Virus record (IMG/VR): IMGVR_UViG_3300048901_000105
Span: 1-33,403 of that record
DNA from: a virus
Lineage: Duplodnaviria > Caudoviricetes
Length of the DNA: 33,403 nt
Reading direction: 5' to 3' (one strand)
Shown here: in pieces, positions 26,264 through 33,403 of the stretch
Numbering within the stretch: the stretch's first letter is position 1
Layout of the letters: each line of letters starts with the position of its first letter
Program-made: the position numbers and the translations under genes
Notes under the pieces: generated by a model
Told to the model about the DNA's origin: nothing
The model's input: only the letters and a program-made list of their open reading frames with translations
The model's database searches: none

Positions 26264-26637
26264 CCCAGACGCATCCTACTAACTCACACGGTCTCCGCTA
26301 CCGCTGGTGGGTGCTCCAGGGGGAAATGTCAGACCCTCGGGCGCCTCGTGCCCATTGGCTTCCGTCGTTTGTAGCTCTATTCGTACTGCTGCCCGTTTTG
26401 AACTCTATCGGCCGGTGGATTGAGGCTGGCAAAATGAAACGCCGGGCGTTGGAGGCCCGGCGCTTCGGAGGAGGATGCGAACCCATCCCTCATACCCAGC
26501 AAGGCAGAAAGGCAGGGAGTATGCAAACCCTCGCTACGCATCATCGTGATTCTGCGCGTCAGAATCAAGGTGTGGCGCTAAGCGAGGATGGTCAACCCGG
26601 TGATTGCCGGGTTGGCCTCCCCCGGAGCCGGCGATGA
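26260..26637 (+). CDS. Hypothetical protein (uncertain)
   Basis: Overlaps neighbours by 4 nt at both ends, one hydrophobic stretch, no recognisable motif. Confidence 0.35.
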   Translation: MTQTHPTNSHGLRYRWWVLQGEMSDPRAPRAHWLPSFVALFVLLPVLNSIGRWIEAGKMKRRALEARRFGGGCEPIPHTQQGRKAGSMQTLATHHRDSARQNQGVALSEDGQPGDCRVGLPRSRR

Positions 26638-27125
26638 CGGCGCGCGAGCCGGTGACCGTGGTCCTGCTCGGCGAGCCTGTGCCCTTCGCCCGCATGCGGA
26701 TCGCCCGGCACAGCGGCGCGCACTTCGTGCCGGCGCAACAGCGTAACGCCGCCGCGCTGCTCAAGCTCGCCGCCGGCCAGGCGATGCAGGAAGCCGGCGC
26801 CGCCATCTTCGATGAACCGCTGTCGCTCGAACTGCTCGCCGAGTTCAGCGTGCCGGCATCATGGTCTCGCAAGCGCCGCAACCTCGCCGCCCTCGGCGAG
26901 ATCCGGCCGGGCAAGCGGCCCGACATCGACAACCTCTACAAGTTGGCCGCCGACGCCTTCAGCGGCGTCGTCTACCGCGACGACGCGCTGATTGTCGATT
27001 GCCGGATGCGCAAAATCTACGGCGTCCAGCCGAAGCTCGTGGTGACCGTGCAGCCCGTCATTTCGTCTACAAAAAAGTGTAGACAAATCCGGCCCGGCGA
27101 ACTGCCGCTTGTGGTGGCGGCATGA
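26634..27125 (+). CDS. rusA: RusA-family Holliday junction resolvase
   Basis: GEPVPFARMR, KRPDIDNLYK..ADAFSGVVYRDDALIV. Confidence 0.92.
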   Translation: MTAREPVTVVLLGEPVPFARMRIARHSGAHFVPAQQRNAAALLKLAAGQAMQEAGAAIFDEPLSLELLAEFSVPASWSRKRRNLAALGEIRPGKRPDIDNLYKLAADAFSGVVYRDDALIVDCRMRKIYGVQPKLVVTVQPVISSTKKCRQIRPGELPLVVAA

Positions 27126-27352
27126 GCGCGTGGGTCGATGGCTACCGCGCCGCGCTCGCCGATGTCGGCCGGCTGTCACTGAGTCGCCGCCTCGTACATC
27201 CAGATTCCCTTCGCGAGAAAGCGCTCACCGAGCTGCTCGCCGACCTCGCCGCCGACGCGCTGGTTATCGAGCGCGAGCAGGCCAACCGTATCCGCCGCCG
27301 TCGGCTGCGCGCCGATCGCGAGGCGATGCTGCCGCTGGACGAGGTGCCATGA
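27122..27352 (+). CDS. Hypothetical protein
   Basis: ATGA-coupled on both sides. Confidence 0.65.
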   Translation: MSAWVDGYRAALADVGRLSLSRRLVHPDSLREKALTELLADLAADALVIEREQANRIRRRRLRADREAMLPLDEVP

Positions 27353-27765
27353 GCCAGTACGACCGCGACCTCGCCGAGGCGATCTATGCCGAAATCATCG
27401 CCGCGCACAGCGTCGCCGAGGCAAAGCTCACCTGGGCCGAGCACAAAGACATGCGCTACCTGCTGGCCCATATCGCCACCTGGGCTATCGACGCCGTGCT
27501 CGCCCGCCGACTGCGCGAGGCCGCCCGCACCGGGCCGTGGGGCGACTACGACGAGGAGGAAGGCTACCCCTGGGTGATGCTGCCGGCGAAAGCGCACGCC
27601 ATGAGCGAGCCGGAGTTGCTCGCCTACATGGGCACCGATGCCGCGAAGTGGGCGGCAGAGTTCTGCAAGCGAGCGCGCGATCAGGGGCACGATATTGACG
27701 AAGGATGGATGATCTCATGGTTCGCTAATGCCATGGCCGCCGCCCGCCAAGAGGCGGCGCCATGA
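27349..27765 (+). CDS. Hypothetical phage protein
   Basis: GAGG RBS, ATG 27349; DAAKWAAEF...DEGWMISWFANAM C-terminal module. Confidence 0.7.
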   Translation: MSQYDRDLAEAIYAEIIAAHSVAEAKLTWAEHKDMRYLLAHIATWAIDAVLARRLREAARTGPWGDYDEEEGYPWVMLPAKAHAMSEPELLAYMGTDAAKWAAEFCKRARDQGHDIDEGWMISWFANAMAAARQEAAP

Positions 27766-28706
27766 GCGAGCCGGCGCGCGAAACGTACGAAATCACCAGT
27801 CGGGCTGAGTGGCTGCAATGGCGGAAATCCGATCTCACCGCATCGCCGATCGGCGCCCTGTTTGACTGCCACCCGTATATCTCCCGGCAGCAACTCGCCG
27901 ACCGGATGCGCGGCGACAGCGACGCCGGCACCAGCCTCCCGCCGGATAACCCCGCGATGCGCCGCGGCCGTATCATGCAGCCCGGCGTCGCTGTCGCCGT
28001 CAGCGAAGAGCGCCCGCATTGGACCCTGACCGAAGCCCATAGCTATCACCGCCTGCCGGCTCACCGGCTCGGCGCCACACCCGATTATTTCATTCACTCG
28101 ACCGACCCGGCTGAACCGGGCCGCGGCATCCTCGAAATAAAAACCGCGGCGCCGCCGGCTTGGGAGCGATGGCGGGCGCAAGTGCCGCTCGCCTATGTGC
28201 TCCAGTGCCTGGTGCAGATGATGTGCTGCAACTGCTCGTGGGGCTACATCGCCACGATGGTCACCTCGCCCAGCCTGCCGGTGTTCTACACCGCCGTGCG
28301 GCGCCATGCGGCGGCCGAGGAGCGCATCCTTTCCGCCGCGGCCGAGTGGTGGGCCGACTTCGATTCAGGCCGTCTGGCGGGCGCCGCTGACGCCGCGGAC
28401 CTTGCCGAGATGCTGGACGACGGCAGCACTATCGACCTCTCTCGGGATAACGCGCTGCCCGCCATCCTCGATGAGCGGCAATCGCTGAAAGCCACCACCA
28501 GCGAGGCGGAAAAGCGGCTGAAAGAACTCGACTACGAAATCAAAAACCGCATGGGTCGCGCGTCGCGCGGGTGGCTCCCCGGCTACAACATTTCCTTCGC
28601 CACGCAACACCGCCGCGAGGTGCTGATCCCCGCCAAGGACATCCGCACTCTCAGGGTGCGCGCCGTCGATGACGCGGCGCTTCTCGATGAGGAGCCCGCG
28701 GCGTGA
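27762..28706 (+). CDS. YqaJ/lambda-exonuclease family protein
   Basis: EWLQWRKSDLTAS, AMRRGR, LGATPD, LEIKT, Y.LQC.VQM motifs. Confidence 0.9.
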   Translation: MSEPARETYEITSRAEWLQWRKSDLTASPIGALFDCHPYISRQQLADRMRGDSDAGTSLPPDNPAMRRGRIMQPGVAVAVSEERPHWTLTEAHSYHRLPAHRLGATPDYFIHSTDPAEPGRGILEIKTAAPPAWERWRAQVPLAYVLQCLVQMMCCNCSWGYIATMVTSPSLPVFYTAVRRHAAAEERILSAAAEWWADFDSGRLAGAADAADLAEMLDDGSTIDLSRDNALPAILDERQSLKATTSEAEKRLKELDYEIKNRMGRASRGWLPGYNISFATQHRREVLIPAKDIRTLRVRAVDDAALLDEEPAA

Positions 28707-29428
28707 GCCATGCCTATTACAACGAGATAGACCCTTATGCCGCACGGTGGCTCCGCGCCCTCATCGCAGGGGGACTTGTTCCTGCCGGCGATGTGGACGA
28801 GCGCAGCATCCTCGACGTGCGCGCCGCCGATCTCGCCGGCTACCGCCAGTGTCATTTCTTCGCCGGCATCGGCGGCTGGTCCTACGCGCTCCGCCTCGCC
28901 GGCTGGCCCGACGATCGACCTGTTTGGACAGGCTCTTGTCCCTGCCAACCCTTCAGCGAAGCCGGAAAGCGACAAGCGTTTGAAGATGATCGTCATCTCT
29001 GGCCGGCCTGGTTTCGGCTCATTAGAGAGCGAAAACCTCCAATCATATTTGGAGAACAGACTCCGGAGGCAATTGGGTGGGGATGGCTCGACTCCGTGGC
29101 GAATGACCTGGAGACGCAGGCTTACGCCTTCGGGTCGGCGATTATTCCGGCTTGTGCTGTTGGACCAAAGCATCTCCGTGAGAGAATTTGGTTTTTGGCC
29201 GACGCCAAGGGCGAGTGGTGGAAGCCTGACTGGCGGAAGCAACGTCCGCCGCGCCGCGATCGGTCGCGGGAAATACGTCCCTGGCCGGATCAATCCAGCA
29301 TTCCTGTCATGGCTGATGGGGTACGGGGACGCATGGCTTTCGTGCGCGCCTACGGCAACGCCATCGTCCCGCAAGCCGCGGCCGAATTCGTGACCGCATT
29401 CATGGAGCTATCCGATGCCGCAGAATGA
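28703..29428 (+). CDS. C5 cytosine DNA methyltransferase, large polypeptide
   Basis: FFAGIGG (I), GSCPCQPFS (IV), GEQ (VI), RERIWF (VIII), YGNAIVP (X); motif IX missing in this frame. Confidence 0.92.
   Translation: MSHAYYNEIDPYAARWLRALIAGGLVPAGDVDERSILDVRAADLAGYRQCHFFAGIGGWSYALRLAGWPDDRPVWTGSCPCQPFSEAGKRQAFEDDRHLWPAWFRLIRERKPPIIFGEQTPEAIGWGWLDSVANDLETQAYAFGSAIIPACAVGPKHLRERIWFLADAKGEWWKPDWRKQRPPRRDRSREIRPWPDQSSIPVMADGVRGRMAFVRAYGNAIVPQAAAEFVTAFMELSDAAE
28737..29393 (+). CDS. Nested +1-frame methyltransferase small polypeptide (start uncertain)
   Basis: Long open alternative frame containing WPTPRAS and motif IX-like GRINPAFLSWLMGYGDAW. Confidence 0.65.
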   Translation: MPHGGSAPSSQGDLFLPAMWTSAASSTCAPPISPATASVISSPASAAGPTRSASPAGPTIDLFGQALVPANPSAKPESDKRLKMIVISGRPGFGSLESENLQSYLENRLRRQLGGDGSTPWRMTWRRRLTPSGRRLFRLVLLDQSISVREFGFWPTPRASGGSLTGGSNVRRAAIGRGKYVPGRINPAFLSWLMGYGDAWLSCAPTATPSSRKPRPNS

Positions 29429-29972
29429 CGTGGTGACACTGCCGCCGCTGGAGTGGCGTAAGTGGAAGCCCCTACCGCATTGGCGGAAAAGCCACTTCCG
29501 ACCGCTTGAGGAGCGCTTCTGGCAATACGTGCAACGCGCTGGCGCCAACGAGTGCTGGGAATGGACCAGGCGGTGCGCTCCATACGGTCAAATCAGCCTC
29601 GGGGGAAGCAGGGGCGCGGAGCGATTGTACTCACACCGCGCGTCATGGCTGATCCATTACGGTGCCATTCCCGATGGGAAGCACGTCCTTCATAAATGCG
29701 ACAACGGTCGCTGCGTAAACCCGCGACATCTGTTCCTAGGAACACAAGCCGACAACAATAGAGACCGCGACCGGAAAGGCCGCGGCGTCAAGCCGCCCGT
29801 GTTACGGGGCAAGGATCATCCGCGTCAAGCTCGCAAATTGACTGACGCGCAGGTCTTGGAAATACGTCGCAGCACCGAGCCGACGAGGATACTCACCGCA
29901 CGCTACGGCATGTCCAGATCTGGCATCAACTTCATTCGCGCCGGGACGCGATGGCAGCATTTGGGAGAGTAG
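29415..29972 (+). CDS. HNH homing-type endonuclease
   Basis: ECWEW, YGQI, HRASW, VLHKCDNGRCVNPRHLFLGTQADNNRD plus C-terminal HTH. Confidence 0.9.
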   Translation: MPQNDVVTLPPLEWRKWKPLPHWRKSHFRPLEERFWQYVQRAGANECWEWTRRCAPYGQISLGGSRGAERLYSHRASWLIHYGAIPDGKHVLHKCDNGRCVNPRHLFLGTQADNNRDRDRKGRGVKPPVLRGKDHPRQARKLTDAQVLEIRRSTEPTRILTARYGMSRSGINFIRAGTRWQHLGE

Positions 29973-29974
29973 CG

Positions 29975-30985
29975 ATGCCACAGACTGACGTTGCACCGTT
30001 GCACGGTGGCGACATTATGGAATCCGTCATCACCAAAGGTGACCTGTCGAAGCTGACGCCCCAAGAGCGCGTGCAGTTTTATAAGGCAACATGCGATAGC
30101 GTCGGTCTGAACCCGCTCACCCGCCCGCTTGAATACCTCACACTGAACGGTAAGACGGTGCTCTATGCCCGCCGCGACGCCGCCGATCAGCTTCGCAAGA
30201 TCAACGGTATATCGGTCGAGGTCGTCAGCCAGAAGGCCGATGGCGACATGCTCACCGTGCATGTCCGCGCGCGGGATAAAACCGGCCGCAGCGACGAAGA
30301 CTTCGGTGTCGTCAGCATCGCCGGGCTGCGTGGCGAAGCGCGTGCCAACGCGACACTGAAATGCATCACCAAGGCAAAACGCCGCGTTACATTGTCGATC
30401 GCCGGCCTCGGGTTCCTCGATGAAACGGAAGTCGATGACATACCGGCACGCGAGCGCATCGATGCACCTTCCGACACCACCGCCGACCTCGACCAGTTCG
30501 CTGCTGTCACGGGTGACGCAGAGCCCATTCCCGAGCGCGACATCCTCGCTGAGGCGCGCGATGTGGCCGAGCGCGGCACGGCGCAGTTCCGCAGGTTCTG
30601 GGCCGATCTGTCAGCCGCCGAGCGCGACAGCATCCGAGCCCATCTGGTCGAGTTCCAAGCCGCTGCCAGAACCGCTGACGACCCGTTCGGGCTGGCTCCA
30701 CTATCACCACCAGAACAGCCGCAGGATGAGATCCCCATAGCTCAACCCGCGACTGGGCCGGCGCCGGTTGTACCCCCTTCCGACGCCGGCCAACCCTATG
30801 CGACAGGCGACGTTTTCGCCGAACTCGACTACCAGGCCCGCGCTGCCACAAAGGACGGCGCGAAGGCATTCGAGGCCTGGTGGAAAACCCTGCGCCGCGG
30901 TGACAAAGATCTCCTGCAGGCGTTCCGGCCGGAGTACGACCGCCTCGCCGCCGAGGCCGATGCGTCATCGGGGCTGCGGCTGTGA
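29975..30985 (+). CDS. RecT/Red-beta-like single-strand annealing protein
   Basis: GDLSKLTPQERVQFY...GLNPLTRP...KCITKAKRRVTL...LDETE; acidic C-terminus; near exonuclease. Confidence 0.75.
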   Translation: MPQTDVAPLHGGDIMESVITKGDLSKLTPQERVQFYKATCDSVGLNPLTRPLEYLTLNGKTVLYARRDAADQLRKINGISVEVVSQKADGDMLTVHVRARDKTGRSDEDFGVVSIAGLRGEARANATLKCITKAKRRVTLSIAGLGFLDETEVDDIPARERIDAPSDTTADLDQFAAVTGDAEPIPERDILAEARDVAERGTAQFRRFWADLSAAERDSIRAHLVEFQAAARTADDPFGLAPLSPPEQPQDEIPIAQPATGPAPVVPPSDAGQPYATGDVFAELDYQARAATKDGAKAFEAWWKTLRRGDKDLLQAFRPEYDRLAAEADASSGLRL

Positions 30986-30990
30986 GACAC

Positions 30991-31380
30991 TCACGCAACC
31001 ATATCCGGCGGCGGCTGCGGAATGCGCTCGTTCAGCGGCCGCCACAGATGCAGGCAGTTGGGGTGCAGGTTGCGGTGCTCGGCGACCGGGACGTGAAGTT
31101 GCATGACCGTCTCATGGTCATCCCAGAAAATCGATTTAACGAACGCCATCTCGGCCCAGTTTGGGGTGCGGTTCGGCAGCGACACGCTGACGTGATCCCA
31201 AGCATAGGCGTGTCCCAAATCAGCGCCGGAATTGCTGCCGGATTGCGCCATGACCCGCAGCTTTACCCCAGTGCGAGCGTGCGGGATCAGGAACATACCG
31301 TAGTTGTCGCCATAGGCGCTTTCGTAGCCGGGGACTTGCAGCCGATGCGGTTCGGCAAGCAGCCAAGGTGTCGGACGCAT
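30991..31380 (-). CDS. Conserved His-rich phage protein of unknown function
   Basis: WDHVSVSLPNRTPNWAEM..VKSIFW...QLH....H.N.HPNCLHLWRP; GGAG RBS. Confidence 0.8.
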   Translation of the reverse strand: MRPTPWLLAEPHRLQVPGYESAYGDNYGMFLIPHARTGVKLRVMAQSGSNSGADLGHAYAWDHVSVSLPNRTPNWAEMAFVKSIFWDDHETVMQLHVPVAEHRNLHPNCLHLWRPLNERIPQPPPDMVA

Positions 31381-31415
31381 TGGCGTGAATCTCCGATGAT
31401 GTCGGCGGGTCGATC

Positions 31416-31595
31416 ATGACATGGGATATGGCGCTGCGGATCGCCGACCAGCAGATCGCCGTGTGGGTGGCCGACGGCATCGGCCCGGCCGACGTCGAGC
31501 TGACGCTGCACAACGAGCAGCCGGCGCACTGGTACAGGGTGCGCCAGCAGCTCGCCGCCTGGGTGATGTTGCACCGCGACCGATGGGAGGATTGA
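31416..31595 (+). CDS. Small hypothetical protein (59 aa, below ORF-track cutoff)
   Basis: Hand translation MTWDMALRIADQQIAVWVADG...LHRDRWED; high GC3; ends 4 nt before rep start. Confidence 0.55.
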   Translation: MTWDMALRIADQQIAVWVADGIGPADVELTLHNEQPAHWYRVRQQLAAWVMLHRDRWED

Positions 31596-31599
31596 AGCA

Positions 31600-32592
31600 A
31601 TGGCTCGGATCCGTTCGGTGCATCCAGGTTTGGCGACAGACGCACGGTTCGTTGTGCTCTCTGATGCCGCCCAGATTTTCTATGTCCTGTTGCTGACCGT
31701 CGCCGACGATGCCGGTGTGTTCCGCTGGGAACCGCTGGAACTGCGGATGCAGTTGCGCCCAGCCTCGACCAACCCGGTCGAACCGCTGCTCGACGAGCTA
31801 TGCGCCGGCAACTTTCTGCGCCGTTTCGAGGCCGGCGGACATGCCTATGGTGCGGTGCGAAATTTCCGCCGCTTTCAATCGCCCAAAATGCCGACGAGAC
31901 GCTTTCCGTTGCCCGCAAACCTGTTTCCGTATGTCGGCCTCGAACCGGGTGCGTTGGAGATCGTGCCTAAAAATGGCCGAAAAAAGGCAGAGCAAAAACA
32001 GTCGGTTGAAAGCCAACTTCGGAAGGACTTCCCCAGCGCTTCGGAACCGCTTCGGAAGCCCTTTCCCACGGAGAGGGAAAGGGAAAGGGAAAGGGATAAG
32101 GAAAAGGAGAGGGAGAGCCTTGTGGATAGAACGAGCTTGTTGCCGCGCGAGGCCGAGCCCGACACCGCGACGAGGCCCTCTCCCAAAAGTTTAAAAAAAG
32201 TTCAGGAAAGCGAAGTGGAGCCGCCGCCACGGCAAAGCGAGGCACCCGAAGGCTGGCTGGCGGAGGCCGAAGCCGCCCGAGACGAAGCTGGGCTCGAACC
32301 CGTCAACCTGCCGCTCGAATGGGCCAAGTTCGCCGCCCGAGCCGAAGGCCCCGTGGAGCGCCGCCGCTGGATCGAGTGGAGCTTGCGGGCATGGGTGGCC
32401 CGAGAACCGCAGCGCTACGCGAGCGGCACCCGTGGCCTCGGTTCCGCCGCCGAAGCCGTGGCAGAAACCCCGTGGGCCGCCCGCATGCGCCAATGGCACC
32501 GCGAGGGCTGGTGGCTGCCGGCCTTCGGACCTCGCCCCGGCGAACCCGGCTGCTTCGTGCCGGCGCAATTTCTCGCCGAGGCCGCCGAATGA
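31600..32592 (+). CDS. Phage replication initiator (O-like)
   Basis: MARIRSVHP...LS..AQIFY..LLTVADDAG N-terminus; internal iterons and (E/R/K) low-complexity linker. Confidence 0.8.
   Translation: MARIRSVHPGLATDARFVVLSDAAQIFYVLLLTVADDAGVFRWEPLELRMQLRPASTNPVEPLLDELCAGNFLRRFEAGGHAYGAVRNFRRFQSPKMPTRRFPLPANLFPYVGLEPGALEIVPKNGRKKAEQKQSVESQLRKDFPSASEPLRKPFPTERERERERDKEKERESLVDRTSLLPREAEPDTATRPSPKSLKKVQESEVEPPPRQSEAPEGWLAEAEAARDEAGLEPVNLPLEWAKFAARAEGPVERRRWIEWSLRAWVAREPQRYASGTRGLGSAAEAVAETPWAARMRQWHREGWWLPAFGPRPGEPGCFVPAQFLAEAAE
32017..32115. repeat. Putative replication origin: five 11-bp iterons plus purine tract
   Basis: CTTCGGAAGGA, CTTCCCCAGCG, CTTCGGAACCG, CTTCGGAAGCC, CTTTCCCACGG at 11-bp period, then AGGGAA repeats. 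Confidence 0.7.
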
Positions 32593-33071
32593 TCGCCGAC
32601 CCCTCCGCCGAACGCCGGCGGCACGACCGCATCACCCGCGCCGTCGCGACCGTGCCGGATGCGCACGGCGGCATCGGGCATCCCTGGCTCACCGAAACCC
32701 CGCTCGAGCGCATGCAGCGCCGCGGTGACATCGGCGCCCCGGAACGCGCCGCAGGCGATGAGTTCGCGCGGCTGTTCCGAGCCGCCAACCTAGACCCGCT
32801 GCGCGCCGCCGACCTCCTGCGCGCCAACGGCTCGAGCCTGGGTGCCAGCGGCATCGAGCGCGCCAGGCGCCGCCTCGACGCCGCCCTGCACGTCCTCGGC
32901 GGCGCCGCCTCGCCCTGCGGTTCCTGCGCCTGGTTCGTGCTCGGCGTCGAGCTGAGCCTCGCCCAATGGGCGCAACGCGAAGGCTGGCAAGGCCGCCCGC
33001 TGCGCCACGAAGTCGCCAAGGGAACCCTGATCGGAACCCTCGGCGTGCTGCGCCAGCACTTCGGGACTTGA
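32589..33071 (+). CDS. DUF6456-like putative late transcription regulator
   Basis: ETPLERMQRRGDI...AAGDEFARLF...ARRRLDAAL..LG...VLGVELSL...L.VL.QHFG; occupies the Q position before the late operon. Confidence 0.65.
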   Translation: MIADPSAERRRHDRITRAVATVPDAHGGIGHPWLTETPLERMQRRGDIGAPERAAGDEFARLFRAANLDPLRAADLLRANGSSLGASGIERARRRLDAALHVLGGAASPCGSCAWFVLGVELSLAQWAQREGWQGRPLRHEVAKGTLIGTLGVLRQHFGT

Positions 33072-33162
33072 CAATGCGGAATTATTCGGAATCATCGGGA
33101 TATGTGTGCGAGTTGTCACTCTGCACTCGCAAACCCCAAAATGTAGGATGGTCTTCGGCAGC

Positions 33163-33403
33163 ATGCAGAGCCGCATCCGCAAGCCCAAGATACCCCACCC
33201 GTTCTACGACACGGCAGCATGGCGTGCCCTGCGTCCCCGCATCCTGGCCCGTGACAACTACCGCTGCACCCACTGCCGCCTGTATGTCGGTGGCACCCGT
33301 GCCTACCGCATCGACCACATCATCGAGATGAAGGTTGCCCCACACCTTGCCCTCGACCCCGCCAACCTGCGCACCCTGTGCCCACGCTGCGATGCACAGA
33401 GCC
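33163..33403 (+). CDS. Terminase-associated HNH endonuclease (truncated by window end)
   Basis: Hand translation: FYDTAAWRALRPRILARDNYRCTHC...IDHII...LALDPANLRTLCPRC; no stop before the end. Confidence 0.85.
   Translation, partial: MQSRIRKPKIPHPFYDTAAWRALRPRILARDNYRCTHCRLYVGGTRAYRIDHIIEMKVAPHLALDPANLRTLCPRCDAQS

Noticed and set aside
30982-31419. + strand 145-aa ORF
   Set aside because: The opposite strand encodes a recognisable conserved phage protein with an RBS
1-33403. Gene transfer agent or integrated prophage with host flanks
   Set aside because: Has integrase, immunity, replication and intact attP, and no host genes at either end

Overview
The window is an almost complete (~33.4 kb), high-GC temperate tailed phage genome, most likely a lambdoid/HK97-type siphovirus of an alphaproteobacterial host, in its excised (attP) form. 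It starts at the small terminase and ends inside a terminase-associated HNH gene, so only the cos-side junction appears to be missing. Gene order: terS, terL, fused prohead protease/major capsid, small protein, portal (unusually after the capsid), collagen-like protein, head-tail connectors, tail terminator, tail tube, frameshifted tail chaperones, tape measure, tail tip and fibre genes, then a block of small membrane, Pro-rich and exported proteins with no recognisable endolysin. Next come attP, integrase and xis, a repressor/Cro switch, an early operon (ParB-like cassette, RusA, YqaJ exonuclease, C5 methyltransferase, HNH, RecT-like annealase), a replication initiator with internal iterons, a DUF6456-like late regulator and HNH. 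Most notable: (1) the tail tube gene looks circularly permuted; (2) attP carries a promoter plus the 5' half, not the usual 3' half, of tRNA-Pro(UGG); (3) a C4/CI-like antisense RNA has a candidate target upstream and a second one over the rusA start 1.9 kb away; (4) the methyltransferase has its motif IX in a nested +1 frame; (5) there is no obvious lysis enzyme. Family assignments come from motif recognition by eye, with no database searches.
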